DNA from: an uncultured Chloroflexia bacterium
GTDB lineage: Bacteria; Chloroflexota; Dehalococcoidia; DSTF01; JALHUB01
Assembly (NCBI GenBank): GCA_963726245.1
Contig: CAVSBT010000037.1
Span: forward strand, 32,001-96,000
Length of the DNA stretch: 64,000 nt
Direction: 5' to 3'
The notes under the pieces were generated by a model. That model was not told the DNA's origin. It searched no databases and saw only the letters and a program-made list of their open reading frames with translations. A program made the position numbers and the translations under genes. Of the stretch, positions 21,654 to 33,151 are shown piece by piece. Each line of letters starts with the position of its first letter. Position 1 is the first letter of the stretch.

Positions 21654-23937
21654 ATGGACCTCAATCGGCTGGAGTCCCGCGGCCGCTGGCTGCGGCGGGG
21701 ATTCCTCCTGTTGTTTCTGGGCCTGGCCCTGGCCGGCGGGGTCTACCTCTGGCGGTCCAAGTTTGGCGGCGGGGAGCAGCAGAGCACCCAGTTTGAGGCT
21801 GTCCCGGTAGCCAAGGGGCTCATTCGCGCTACCATCGCTACCTCCGGCACCGCCGAAGCGAACGACGACACCGACCTTCGTTTCGCGACCATTGGCCGCG
21901 TCAACCAGATCCTGGTGACCCTCGGTCAGCAGGTGAAAAGCGGCGACGCTCTCGCCGTGCTGGAATCGGGCGACCTCAAGGACCGCCTGGCTTCCGCCCA
22001 AGCCAACGCGGCGGTGGCGCGGATTCGCCTCCGTCAGCTCCTCAAGGGCGCCGATGAGTCTGACCTCCTGGCCGCCGACCAGGCCATCGCGACCGCCCAG
22101 ACAACCCTCAGCAAGGGCCAGGACGACCTCAGCGAACTCCTGAAGGGCGCCTCGGAGGCGGACCTGGCGGCCGCCGAACAGGCCGTGGCGCTGGCCCAAT
22201 CAAACGTGGACGCCGCCGAGGCGAAGCAGAAAGCCCTGGTTGACACTCCCTCAGCAGCCATCCTGGCCGCGGCCCAGGCAGGCTTGACCAGCGCCCAGGC
22301 GGCCCAAGCCAAGGCCCAGAATGACCTCGACACGCTGCTGGAAGGGGCCTCCGACGCGAACATCGCCACCGCCCAGCAGGCCGTAGCCTCGGCACAGGCA
22401 GCGCTGGATGCGGCCAACGCCAAGCTCGCCGCGCTCCAGGACGCCCCCTCCAACGCGGACAAGGCGGCAGCTCAAGCGGCCGTCACCGCCGCCCAGGCCA
22501 ACGTCAACACCGCCAGCAACCTCGTGGACAGCGCTGAGGCTGGCCTGAACTCCGCGGAGGCGGTCCTGCGAGCGGCCGGCACCGCCTACTGCAGCGGCGC
22601 CAGCCACCCTCTACGTGGTCCTCCCTGTGTAGTCCGGTTCCTCCTTCTCCTCCTCCCTGCCCATCAGTCAGTCGCACATCAACGATCTGCTGGACGACCA
22701 GGGCGACAACCCCGCAGACGCCGGGTTGATATCGACGCTGGTGCAGGCGAACAGCGCCTACATCGCGGCCCAGAACACCGCCGACAGCGCTGAGTCTAGC
22801 CTCCAATCGGCGCAGGCCGGGCTGACCGCGGCCCAGGCGAAGCTGGACTCGCTGGGCACCATACCAACGTCTGAGGATACCCAGGCCGCCCAGGCCGCGG
22901 TCACGGCCGCCCAGCAAGGCGTGGCGGCGGCGAACGCGAACCTGGCGGAGCTTCAGAAGGCGGCGGACCCCGAGACGGTGCAGGTGGCGCGAGACGCCGT
23001 GGCCGCCGCCGCCGCCAACGTTACGGCGGCTCAGGCGCAGCTCAACAATCTGGCGCCGTCCACAGAGGACCTGACCGCGGCGCAAGCCGCCGTCGACGCC
23101 GCCAACGAGAGCCTCACGGCGGCGCAGGCGAAGCTGGAGGACACGCAGAAGGGCCCGGACGCCGAGGCCATACAGGCCGGAGAGGATGCGGTTCGCGCCG
23201 CTGAGGCTGCCATGAACGCCTCCATAGCCAAGCGCGACAAGCTCATCGAGGGCGCCGAGCCCGAGGACATCGACCTCGCGACGGAGAACGTCCACCTGGC
23301 CGACATCGCCGTCAGCCAGGCCCAGAGAGCCGTCGACGAGGCTACGCTCAAGGCCCCCTACGACGGCTCGGTGTCCGCCGTTGACGTCCAGGTCGGCGAT
23401 TTCGTCTCATCTCAGTCGCCCGCCATCACCATGCTGACGCCGGGGGCCCTCAAGCTGACCCTCTCCGTGGGCGAGACAGACCTGCCCAGCCTGAACGTGG
23501 GCATGGTGGGCCTCGTGAACTTCGACGCCCTTACGAACCACCCCTTCCCGGTAGTGGTCACACGCATTGGTCTGGGGCCCAAGGTGTCGCAGGGCGTCGT
23601 CACGTACGCCGTGGAGTGCGCCATATCCGGCGTTGGGGACACACCGGACGCGCGGCCGGTGCCGGGGATGAACGGCACGGCCATCATTGTCACCGAGCAG
23701 CACCAGGATGTGGTGGTGGTACCCAACCGCGCCATCCGCCGTCGCGGTGACGCGGTCGTGGTGGACGTAATGGTCAACGGCAAGGTGGAGACCCGCACCA
23801 TCACGACGGGCCTCAGCGACACCGATAACACAGAGGTGCTGTCAGGGCTGGCCGAGGGAGACCTACTGGCCCTGCCCTCCACCACGGCGGGGACTGCGAC
23901 AAAGACACCGGAGGTCCTGCCGGAAGGGATCAAGTAG
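21654..23937 (+). CDS. Efflux periplasmic adaptor (MacA/HlyD-like) with very long coiled coil, frameshifted near 22600-22640
   Basis: N-terminal TM, lipoyl halves GRVNQILV..GQQVKSGD and LKAPYDGSV, PGMNG, VVVPNRAI, GLAEGD. Confidence 0.85.
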
Positions 23938-23939
23938 CC

Positions 23940-24653
23940 ATGGCGATGATCCGGCTGCACGAGATCAGCAAGGTCTACCAGCTCGGGTCCATGACCGTGC
24001 AGGCTCTCCGGCCGCTGGACTTGGAGGTGGAGCGCGGCGAGTTCGTCGCCATCATGGGCCCGTCGGGATCGGGCAAGTCCACCCTCATGAACATCCTGGG
24101 CTGCCTGGACAAGCCCAGCAGCGGCCTCTACGAGCTGGACGGCCTGCCGGTCAGCTCCTACGGCGAAGACCGCCTGGCCGAGGTGCGGAACCGTCGCATA
24201 GGGTTCGTCTTCCAGAGCTTCAACCTGCTTCCGCGCACGCCCGCTCTCGCGCAGGTCGAGCTACCCCTCGCCTACCGGGGCATCCCCCGGCGAAGACAGC
24301 TTGCCGCCGAGGCCCTGTGTGAGCTGGGCCTGGCCGAGCGCATGCACCACCGGCCGACGGAGCTATCGGGCGGCCAGCAGCAGCGGGTGGCCATCGCGCG
24401 CGCCCTGGTGAGCAACCCGTCCCTCATCCTGGCCGACGAACCCACCGGCGCCCTCGATACCGCCACCAGCCACGAGATCATGGAGATCTTCCGCCGCGTC
24501 AACGAGGAGCGCGGCATGACGGTCCTCCTGGTTACCCACGAGAGCGAGATTGCGGCGTATGCCCGACGCACGATTCGGCTGCGCGACGGCGTCATAGAGA
24601 GCGACCAGCGCAACGGCTCGCGGCCCGTGCCCAGCCCGGGGGTTACGCCGTGA
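23940..24653 (+). CDS. ABC transporter ATP-binding protein (MacB/LolD-like)
   Basis: [26 protein letters not shown]. Confidence 0.96.
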   Translation: MAMIRLHEISKVYQLGSMTVQALRPLDLEVERGEFVAIMGPSGSGKSTLMNILGCLDKPSSGLYELDGLPVSSYGEDRLAEVRNRRIGFVFQSFNLLPRTPALAQVELPLAYRGIPRRRQLAAEALCELGLAERMHHRPTELSGGQQQRVAIARALVSNPSLILADEPTGALDTATSHEIMEIFRRVNEERGMTVLLVTHESEIAAYARRTIRLRDGVIESDQRNGSRPVPSPGVTP

Positions 24654-25906
24654 ACATCTTCGACACGATGGGCACGGCCCTCCAGGCGCTCACGGCCAAC
24701 AAGCTGCGCTCATGCCTCACCATGCTGGGCATCGTCATAGGAGTGGGCGCCGTCATCGCGCTGATGGCGGTGGGACAGGGAGCGCAGAGGGACATCACCG
24801 GGCGCATACAGGGGCTGGGCACCAACCTCCTCTTCGTCAAGCCAATCCAGGTCAAGATGGGTGGGGGCCTCCAGGGCGAAGCAATCACCCTGGTCGACAC
24901 CGACGCCGACGCCATCAACGACCCGGACCGCTTCCCTTACGTCGACAGCGTTGCCTCCCAGACGATAACCTTCCAGGCCTCACTGAACTACCAGGGGCAG
25001 AGTGTCATCGCCCCCGGCCTGGGCGTGAGCCCACAATACGCGTACGTGCGGGAGTTCTACCTGAGCAGCGGGAGCTTCATCTCCGATGCCGACATCGTGC
25101 GTAAGGGGCTGGTAATGGTGCTGGGGAGCCGCACAAAGGAGCTGCTCTTCGGCGACACGGACCCGGTGGGCAAGACGGTACGACTAGCGGTGGGACCCAG
25201 CGCGCTTGGCCTCAACTTCATCTTCCGCGTCGTCGGCGTCATGGAGCCCAGAGGCGCCAGCGGCAACGGCGACGAGGACGACCAGTTCTACCTGCCCCTG
25301 CCGACCATGCAGGCCCGAATACCGTTCCTGCGCAATCCCCAGGGTCTCAGCAACATCGCTCAGATCAACGTGCGCATCAAGGACCGGAAGTACTTCGACC
25401 AGGCCAAGCAGGAGATCGGCCAACTGCTCCTCGACCGCCACGGTCAGGAGGACTTCATCATCCGCAGCCAGTCCGACCTTGTCTCCACCGTCGGCGAAGT
25501 CTCCCAGACGCTCACCATCCTCCTGGGGAGCATCGCCGGCATCTCCCTGGTGGTGGGCGGAATCGGCATCATGAACATCATGCTGGTGTCGGTGACGGAG
25601 CGAACGCGGGAGATCGGCATCCGCAAGGCGGTGGGCGCCCGCCGGCGGGACATCATGACGCAGTTCATGATCGAGGCGCTGACAGTGACCTTGCTCGGTG
25701 GAGCGGTAGGAATAATCCTGGGGATGGGAGCCGCGGAGTTGGCGAACGGCCGCACCGTCGGGGACCGCACGGTGAGCACCCTGGTGACGCCGTTCTCGGT
25801 GATAGTGGCCTTCGGCGTGTCGGCCGTGGTCGGCCTCTTCTTCGGGATCTACCCCGCCTTCAGCGCCTCGCGCCTCAACCCCATCGAAGCCCTCCACCAC
25901 GAGTAG
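24650..25906 (+). CDS. ABC transporter permease (MacB/FtsX family)
   Basis: LTMLGIVIGVGAVI, GGIGIMNIMLVSVTERTREIGIRKAVGA. Confidence 0.96.
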   Translation: MNIFDTMGTALQALTANKLRSCLTMLGIVIGVGAVIALMAVGQGAQRDITGRIQGLGTNLLFVKPIQVKMGGGLQGEAITLVDTDADAINDPDRFPYVDSVASQTITFQASLNYQGQSVIAPGLGVSPQYAYVREFYLSSGSFISDADIVRKGLVMVLGSRTKELLFGDTDPVGKTVRLAVGPSALGLNFIFRVVGVMEPRGASGNGDEDDQFYLPLPTMQARIPFLRNPQGLSNIAQINVRIKDRKYFDQAKQEIGQLLLDRHGQEDFIIRSQSDLVSTVGEVSQTLTILLGSIAGISLVVGGIGIMNIMLVSVTERTREIGIRKAVGARRRDIMTQFMIEALTVTLLGGAVGIILGMGAAELANGRTVGDRTVSTLVTPFSVIVAFGVSAVVGLFFGIYPAFSASRLNPIEALHHE

Positions 25907-25956
25907 CGGCGGGGCGCAGGTCACCCCCTCCTTCCACACCAAACTACCACCATGCC

Positions 25957-26520
25957 ATGAGCGTTAACGGCCGGCAGCCGATATCATCTACAGAGGCTGC
26001 AACGATGCCGGCAGAGAAGCGGGCCGCCAGGATCATGGCGTGGGCATTTGTGCTCGGCGCCCTGGTCGGGCTCGCCATCTTCGTCCTCTTCTACCGCCAG
26101 ACCGACGGCTGGGCGGAGAACACGACCAAACCGCCACAGGGTCAGTATGAGCCGGTGACGGCCAAGGCCCTGGAAACCTGGCCCTGGACCTACAAGGACA
26201 AGCTGGTCGTCATGACGGGCGACGTCCGCCAGGTGATCGACGTGCCGGGGTACATCGACCCGCTGGTCCAGGTCTCCGGCCGGCGGCTGTTAGGCGGGCT
26301 GCACTTTCAGCGGCAGGTGGTTCTCGGCTTCGAGGAGGAGCGACAGGTCATCGCCGCCATCGACTTCTCGACGCCGCCGGAGCTGCCCGCCAGGCTCACC
26401 GTTTCCGGCCGCGTGCGAGGGCCAAGGCCCGTCTCCAGCCCACTCGGCGATGAGCCCACACAGCCCGTCATCGAGGCCTACGAAATCTGCGCCGACGACG
26501 GCACCTGCTGGACACCCTAG
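25957..26520 (+). CDS. Hypothetical membrane-anchored protein
   Basis: 187-aa ORF with a single TM segment. Confidence 0.65.
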   Translation: MSVNGRQPISSTEAATMPAEKRAARIMAWAFVLGALVGLAIFVLFYRQTDGWAENTTKPPQGQYEPVTAKALETWPWTYKDKLVVMTGDVRQVIDVPGYIDPLVQVSGRRLLGGLHFQRQVVLGFEEERQVIAAIDFSTPPELPARLTVSGRVRGPRPVSSPLGDEPTQPVIEAYEICADDGTCWTP

Positions 26521-26646
26521 GCGCCAGTGCGCCCCGCAAAGGCCCGACACCGGGCTTGACAACCGACCTCACCGCTGCCAACCTATTGACCGGCCGGCGC
26601 CACGACCCTGGCCTTCGAGCGACCCCGGGTGGAGGAGGTGAGCGGA

Positions 26647-27836
26647 ATGCTACTGGAGCGGCGTGTCGGAAGGCGGCAGCTTTCTAGAAGCGGGGGTCGC
26701 CCTGGCGGCGGCCGCGGGCCTCGGCTTCACCTGCACTCCCCCTCTTCCCTGGCCGCCTGTCGCACAACGGGGCCGCGCGAACGGTGCCCGGCACCTGGCC
26801 TGGGTGTGGCAGTTCTCTCACGACGGCGCGCCGGAGCAGATCGCCTCCGCGCTCGCTCAGTACAACCTGGGGATCATGCTGAAGACGCACGACGGGACCG
26901 ACTGGATGTCGCGCTACGACCCGTCGGTTTGCGGCGTCTGGGGGCCGGAGCAGGTGGGCGTCCTGGCGGCCTACTACGAGGCGTACGGCGTTCCGTTCCA
27001 CGCCTGGTGCGTGGTCAAGGGGCTGGAGCCGGAGCGGGAAGCGGAGATGTGCGCGCAGGTCATCGCCGCCGGCGCGCGAAGCATCACCGTCGACCTCGAG
27101 CCGCACGCGGGCTTCTGGCAGGGCACGACCCAGGCCGCGGTCACCTTCGGGCGCGAGTTCCGAAAGCGGCAGCCAACGGCCATCCTCAACGTCTCCCTCG
27201 ACCCGCGGCCCTGGGTGATACCCAGGGTGCCGCTGACGGAGTTCTCGTCCTTCGCGCAGGGGTTCGTCCCCCAGAATCTACTGGGAGACGTTCAACTCGT
27301 CCGACAACGTGCAGCGCTTCCAGTCCAGCGGATACCCGCCGGGCAAGGACGGCATCACGCCGGAGTTCTTGCTTAGCGTCACTCGCAAGGTGCTCAGCCG
27401 TTACGGCCACCCGATTCAGCCCGCCGGGCAGGGCGCCTCCACCAACATGACGGCCTGGAACCACTTCCTGAACGCCGCCCGCGGGGCGGGTATTCTCACC
27501 GTCTCCGTCTGGCGCTACGGCGTGACGAGCGGCGACGTGTGGCGGCTGCTGAGCAAGTGGCCGTGGCAGCCCGGCCCCACGCCGTCTGCTGCCGCCCTTA
27601 GCAAGGGAGGCAACGCCAGAGTCGCCAGCACCGACTCCTGCCTGAACGTGCGCGAAACGGCTTCCACGAAGGCCTCCATCAAAGCCTGCCTGGCGGACGG
27701 AACCATCGTCCACGTCGTCGACGGGCCGGTGGCGTACGAGGGCTACCGCTGGTGGCTCATCGAGACGCAGGCGATGCGGGGATGGTCGGCCGAGGCGGGG
27801 CTGGACGGCGCCAAGTGGCTGGTCCCGTGGCCGTAG
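26647..27836 (+). CDS. Tat-signal protein with glycoside-hydrolase-like core and C-terminal SH3b-like domain, frameshifted
   Basis: RRQ(F)L..G twin-Arg leader after repair; VDLEP; CLNVRETAST..DGPV..GYRWW..GWSAE. Confidence 0.6.
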
Positions 27837-27977
27837 CCGCCGTTCAGACGGCCTGTTACAGAAGGCAGCGGCCAGTCTTTAGACCGGCTCAGGACGACCG
27901 TGTCTGGATTCGGCTCATGGAGACCTGCGAACCTACGAGCGGCACGTCGAGGCCCGGCCCAGAGAGGAGTTGTGCCC

Positions 27978-28517
27978 GTGGAGTGCCCGAAGTGTCACAA
28001 GCCCCTCGAGAGCGTCGCCATCGGCCGCGTCCGCGTCGAGCGCTGCGCGCAGTGTGGCGGCACCTGGTATGAGAAAGACCAACTGCGGGTGCTGAAGGAC
28101 AAGGAGTCGCAAGGCGACTACCGCTGGATTGACTTCGACCTGTGGAAGGACGTCGGCAAGTTCCGGGCGCGGCGGCAGCAGCGCTACTCCTGCCCCAGGG
28201 ACGGCCTGCCGATGACGACGGTCCATTACGGCGATGCGTCCATCGCGGTTGACCTATGTACTGAGTGCAAAGGCATCTGGCTGGACAAAGGGGAGTACGA
28301 CGGGATCGTCAGGTACCTGGAGAAGGTGGTGGATACGAGCTCCGTTGGGGATTACCTCGAAGACATGCGGGACGAGTTTGTCCAACTGGTCGAAGCTCGT
28401 GAGGCCCCATGGAGCGTGATGAAGGACCTATCCAAGATCCTCTACCTGCTCGAGCTCCGCTTTGTGGTGAACCACCCCGACCTGGCCCGCCTCACCTCGG
28501 CGTTCCCCAAGTTCTAG
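27978..28517 (+). CDS. Double zf-TFIIB-like zinc ribbon protein
   Basis: CPKC...CAQCGGTWYE and CPRD...CTECKGIWLDKGE. Confidence 0.8.
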   Translation: MECPKCHKPLESVAIGRVRVERCAQCGGTWYEKDQLRVLKDKESQGDYRWIDFDLWKDVGKFRARRQQRYSCPRDGLPMTTVHYGDASIAVDLCTECKGIWLDKGEYDGIVRYLEKVVDTSSVGDYLEDMRDEFVQLVEAREAPWSVMKDLSKILYLLELRFVVNHPDLARLTSAFPKF

Positions 28518-28700
28518 GCTGGCCGCTCGCCCTTCGACAGGCTCAGGGTGAGCGGGGTGTGGGTCCGCTCGTGGTGAGCCTGTCGAACCATGAGCGGACG
28601 GCCCGCCCTTCGACCCTTCGGCATCGCTCAGGGCAGGCAGGCTCAGGGTGCCATTCTTCGACGCGCACCCCGGCGGGGCTGCGTGCCGTCGACTTGGGGA

Positions 28701-30256
28701 TCAGGGACTGCGAACAGCCGTCAAGTAGTCCTCGTCGAAGTCGCCGGTGCCGCGCTGACTCTCTAGCCACGTTGCGAAGGCTAGGACGAAGACGTCGAAC
28801 TCGATAAGGACTTGTCGTCGTTGGAGGCGGAGCCATACGTCGGCGGGAACAGGCTTGTCTTTGAGGATTGCGTCCTTCATGGCGTCGAGTTCTCGGAAGA
28901 CTTCTGCTGGGTTGGCTCCGAGGCGTATACGGCGGGCGTTGAGCGAGCGGGATTCGAGGAGTTCGAAGAGGGTGCCTTCGTTTTGGGCAAATGCCTGGAG
29001 GTCGACGCCGCTGATAGGAAGGACGAGTATGTTGGTCTTGCGGATGATCTTGGTGATTACCTTGAGGGCATCGTCGGCGTAGGTCGAGGTAGTGGCGAAG
29101 AGTATCGCATCATATCCGTCGAGCAAGGCTATGCCGAATTCGCGGAGTATGTGTTCGGAGCGGATGGACGCGTTGCCGTAGGCTTTGCACTGGACAAGCC
29201 AGCGTTGGTCGTAGCCGGGGCCGGTACGATCGGCGATGACGTCGACTTCGAATTCGGTGCGCTTACGAATCTGTATGTGGCGGAGACCCAGACGCCAGCA
29301 GATCTTTGCAGCAAGACCTCCAAGGTGCGAGCGCGCTGGTCCTTGGTTAGCAGCTTGTCCTTGAGCTGGTCGACGATTGATGCAAAGGTCTGGTCGAATA
29401 TGGCATCAGGGACGACGCCTGAGAGCGATAGATCAGTAGCAAAGCTTTCGAGCGCCGCTGCTTTCTCGGAGTCCAGTATGCGGTAGGGACTCTTCTTGTC
29501 TCCCTTCTTGCCGAGGAATTCAACGAGGCCGGCGTCGAGGAGCGGTTTGAGAATGGCGGGCATCTGATGGACATTGAGGAGGCGCCAGCGGAGAGCCTCA
29601 GCTAGCCCGCGGATCTCGCCAGCGGTGCCGGTGCCACCTAGTCGGACGAGAGCCTCGAAACAGTCACGGGTGTCCTGGGGGAAAGCTTCGAGGGTTTGAA
29701 CGTCGCCTAGCGCGACGCCGGTGATCCGGGTGAACTCGGCTTCGCCGAGTCGGTAGTTCTTGACGACTCCACCCCATTCGAGAAGGCTGTGGAGGGATGA
29801 GATGTTGTTCAGGTCGCGCCATTCTTCAATGCCGTACTTGCCTGCCAGGTAGTTGGCTACCTCCTGTCTCGTGGGCCGTTTGCCAGGTTGTCCGAGGGTG
29901 TGCAGGGCACGAGCAAATTGCCACCCGGCATGGTTGAGGAGGACTTCCTTGGTGAGAGCGTCCCGGAATCCGTTCGGGTCTTTCCTGAGCGCATAGAGGG
30001 CTCGTCCGAAGTGGGTGAGCCGTCCATCGGCGGTGAGAATGCCGAGGTTCTCGGGTCCAAGGCTTGCGATGGTGTTGGCCGAAATGGAGTGAGTAGAGAA
30101 GCCCTTGCGGATGCCGGCCTTCTTCCAGGATCGGAAAATGGCCGTTGCAAGCTTAGCGCGGTCACCCTGGTGGCGATGGGCAAGGCGCACCAACTGAGGA
30201 AGGTCGTCGATTTTGGGGTTGAGGTCGCGTATGAACGGGAGGACTCTTGTGCCCAA
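28701..30256 (-). CDS. Restriction endonuclease with Mrr-like catalytic domain, one frameshift near 29310
   Basis: Repaired frame reads EVDVIA...WLVQCK; adjacent to MTase; lower GC. Confidence 0.75.
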
Positions 30257-30276
30257 GATTCACCCCCTTCGAACAG

Positions 30277-31422
30277 CTAACCAGGCTTCCGCATCACGAT
30301 GAGGTGTTCGTTGGCCATGTGTCGCCGGTAGTCTCCGCGAACCATTTTCGATTCGTCAATGACCGGGCACAGTATGTTGGTGTCGAAGGTGAAGCCTGCC
30401 TGTTCGGCCATCTTGGCTACATCAGCCGACGAGAAGTGGCTGTTCGTGCCGTAGAGGATTGCCAGGACCCGTCGGGGCTTCAGCACGCGGTACATTTCCC
30501 GGAAGGAATCTGTGAGGTCAGCAGCGAAGTCCTTGGATGTCTCGAGCGGCTTCTTGGGCCTGTGAAGTTGAAGAAACTCGAGGTGTAGCCGATAGATTGA
30601 GGCGTACTTCGAGCCAGTGCCGTACGGGGGGGAGGTGAAGATGAAATGGAGGCTGTGGTCGGGCAATATGTCGGCCATGTCGCGGTTGTCCCGGGTGTAG
30701 ATTTCGACGTGGGGTGGCGGGCTAGGCAGCTGTTCGAGGAAGTGCCTCTCGCGGGTAGCCATGTCGAGCAATCGAGCTTGGAAGCGAGAAACGGCGTTGG
30801 GGAGCGGCTTGCCAGGTTTGATGTGAAGGTGGGCCTCCATGTTTCCCGCCCTGGAGGCCATGCGGACGATGCTGGAAAAGGCGACTTTGAGGAAGTCCAG
30901 GCGGTCGGGGTTGGGCTCGTCAGCGATACAGGAGAGAATGGCGGCGAATTGACGCTGGGTCTCCTCTGGGAACCAGTAGTCGATGTTGACGACGGGAGGA
31001 AGAACCGACTGAGGGTTGGAGATTGTTGTGACGGTGAGGCCAATGCGTTCGGCGAGGGCTCGGGCCTCGGCGAGTGAGTACTGGACGGGTGTTGTCTTGA
31101 CCTTCGAAACCAGGGTGGCAATGGGGAGGATATCGACGCCGACAGAGTGACGCCCTGTAAGCATGGCTTCCACGAGGGTGACTCCGGCGCCGCAGAACGG
31201 ATTGCCGACGGTTTCGCCGGGCTCAGTGAACCTCTCAATAGCCATTCTGGCAATGGGGGGCGGGCACATGGCGAAGTAGGGGTGGAAGCGGTGAACGGTG
31301 TGGTAGGCCTTGTTGTCTCTGACGACGACCCACTCCTCGTCGGGCTTCAGGTCGTCGTCAGCCACTTGGGACCAAGCCTGCGCGGCCTGGGTTTCGAACA
31401 GGGTTGTTTGCTTGCCGTCCAT
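30277..31422 (-). CDS. Amino-DNA methyltransferase (SPPY type, likely m4C; motif I before motif IV)
   Basis: HRFHPYFAM, NPFCGAGVT (motif I), FTSPPY (motif IV). Confidence 0.88.
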   Translation of the reverse strand: MDGKQTTLFETQAAQAWSQVADDDLKPDEEWVVVRDNKAYHTVHRFHPYFAMCPPPIARMAIERFTEPGETVGNPFCGAGVTLVEAMLTGRHSVGVDILPIATLVSKVKTTPVQYSLAEARALAERIGLTVTTISNPQSVLPPVVNIDYWFPEETQRQFAAILSCIADEPNPDRLDFLKVAFSSIVRMASRAGNMEAHLHIKPGKPLPNAVSRFQARLLDMATRERHFLEQLPSPPPHVEIYTRDNRDMADILPDHSLHFIFTSPPYGTGSKYASIYRLHLEFLQLHRPKKPLETSKDFAADLTDSFREMYRVLKPRRVLAILYGTNSHFSSADVAKMAEQAGFTFDTNILCPVIDESKMVRGDYRRHMANEHLIVMRKPG

Positions 31423-31526
31423 CGGACTCGATTTTAGTCGATAGTCACGTGGTGCGACAGGGGGTGGGCGACGCGGAATCTGAGCCTGCCCGTCCGCTTG
31501 GGCGGCACTCGCCGCCTCTCCAGCCC

Positions 31527-32637
31527 CTAACCGGCGGCGGCGGCCTCCTCTCGAAGGCGGAGCTCCTCCTGGCACGCCACCGGCCCTCGACGCAGCAGAG
31601 CCGCCAGGCACTTGGCGCAGCTCAGGCACTTCGACGGCGACGTGTCGCCGCGCTGCCAGCGGGCGATGAGGTCCGGCTCGCGGATCAGCGGCCTGCACAT
31701 CGATATCATGTCGGCCTCGCCGTTGCTGAGGATCGCCTCGGCCATCGAGAGGCTGCGGATGCCGCCCACAAGCATGACCGGAATATCGACGGCGCGCTTG
31801 GCCTCGGCGCTGTCCGCGCGGAAGTAGGCCTCGCTCCTCGTCCTCCGGCTTCCTCACCCGGGCGGCCCTCATGGCCTGCCCGGCGCTCACCTCCACGGCG
31901 GAGAGGCCCTCGGCGGCCAGCGCCTTCAGCGCCTCCAGCCCCTCGCTCAGCGGAAGCCCGCCGTCGCCGTGATCCTGGAGGCCTATCTTCATCCATACGG
32001 GGTAGTCCTCGCCCACCGCCCGTCGCACGGCGCGCAGCACCTCGACGTGAAAGCGCCGGCGTCCTTCGGGCGAGCCGCCCCACTCGTCCGTCCTGTGGTT
32101 GGTCAGGGGCGACAGGAACTGGCTCATGAGGTAGCCGTGCGCCGAGTGCAACTGGACGGCATCGAATCCGGCCTCTTTGCCCCGCGCGGCGGCGGCGGCG
32201 AAATCGGCCACGGTCGCCTCGATCTCGGCGGCGGTGAAGGCCCGATGGGGAAGCGGATACGACTCGACGTGGGAAGGCGCCAGGGCGACGCGGTCCGGGT
32301 CCTGAAGCATCCCTGTCTGCATCCCCGCGTGCGCGATCTGGAGGGCTATCCTGGCGCCGTGGTCGTGGGCGACCCTCGCCAGGCGTCGCAGCCCCGCGAT
32401 GTGGCGGTCTTCGGCGGCGCCGTACTGGCCGAGGGCGGCCTTCCCCTGCTCCGAGACGTAGGCATAGCCGGTGACGATGAGGCCCACGCCGCCGCGTGCC
32501 AGGCCCTCGAAGAGCTCCACGGAGGCGTCGGTGACCTCGCCGTCGTCGGTCGCCGTGTGGTCCCAGGTGGCGGAGCGCAGGAAACGATTGCGCATCTCGA
32601 GTCCGTCGATGGTAATCGGGTCGAAGGGGCTGGTCAT
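31527..32637 (-). CDS. NADH:flavin oxidoreductase (Old Yellow Enzyme family), frameshift near 31830
   Basis: NRFLRSAT, QIAHAG, GFDAVQLHSAHGYLMSQFLSP..N.RTDEWGG, CRPLIREP. Confidence 0.92.
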
Positions 32638-32671
32638 AGTATCTCCCTTGGAATCTAAGAGGGGCCCGGCC

Positions 32672-33151
32672 TCACGCCTCAGGGCGGGCGAGCTCGTCAC
32701 ATATCCTGCTGTCGAGCCAGTCGAAGGCTGCCTGGACCACGGTGTAGGCGCTCTCGTAGTCCTCTTCCCCGATGTCCAGCCCAGCATGCTCGGTGACGTA
32801 CGTGCCGGCGTGTACCAGGTTCCTCGTCTTCTGGACCGCCGACGCGTAGTCGCCGACGTCTCCTGGAGCGGCAGGGAGCCATGTCATGTCCTTGCCCACA
32901 TCAATTAGCTCGCCCAATGTCCATTTCTGGGGAGGCTTCGGCGCCCCCCTGTTGGTCTTGGGCACTCTGGCGGAGGCTCTCACGTTGTCTACCTGGCATT
33001 CCGCCATGAGAAGAAGCCCCGCCTCAAGCGCCGAGCCGAGCATGACACATCCCGCCAGGTATGCCCCAATCTGCCGGCACCTCTCGGCTTCGGCGCGGTA
33101 GAGGTCTACAAGCCGCCATACTTCCGTTGACTGTCGTGCGTCTGTCTCCAT
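32672..33151 (-). CDS. Hypothetical helical protein (DUF4145/HEPN-like)
   Basis: AYLAGCVMLGSALE, WTLGELI, RNLVH (RxxxH-like). Confidence 0.6.
   Translation of the reverse strand: METDARQSTEVWRLVDLYRAEAERCRQIGAYLAGCVMLGSALEAGLLLMAECQVDNVRASARVPKTNRGAPKPPQKWTLGELIDVGKDMTWLPAAPGDVGDYASAVQKTRNLVHAGTYVTEHAGLDIGEEDYESAYTVVQAAFDWLDSRICDELARPEA

Noticed and set aside
30277-32787. 836-aa flavin oxidoreductase-methyltransferase fusion ORF
   Set aside because: Artifact of an indel near 31830; the OYE C-terminus ends at 31527 in another frame
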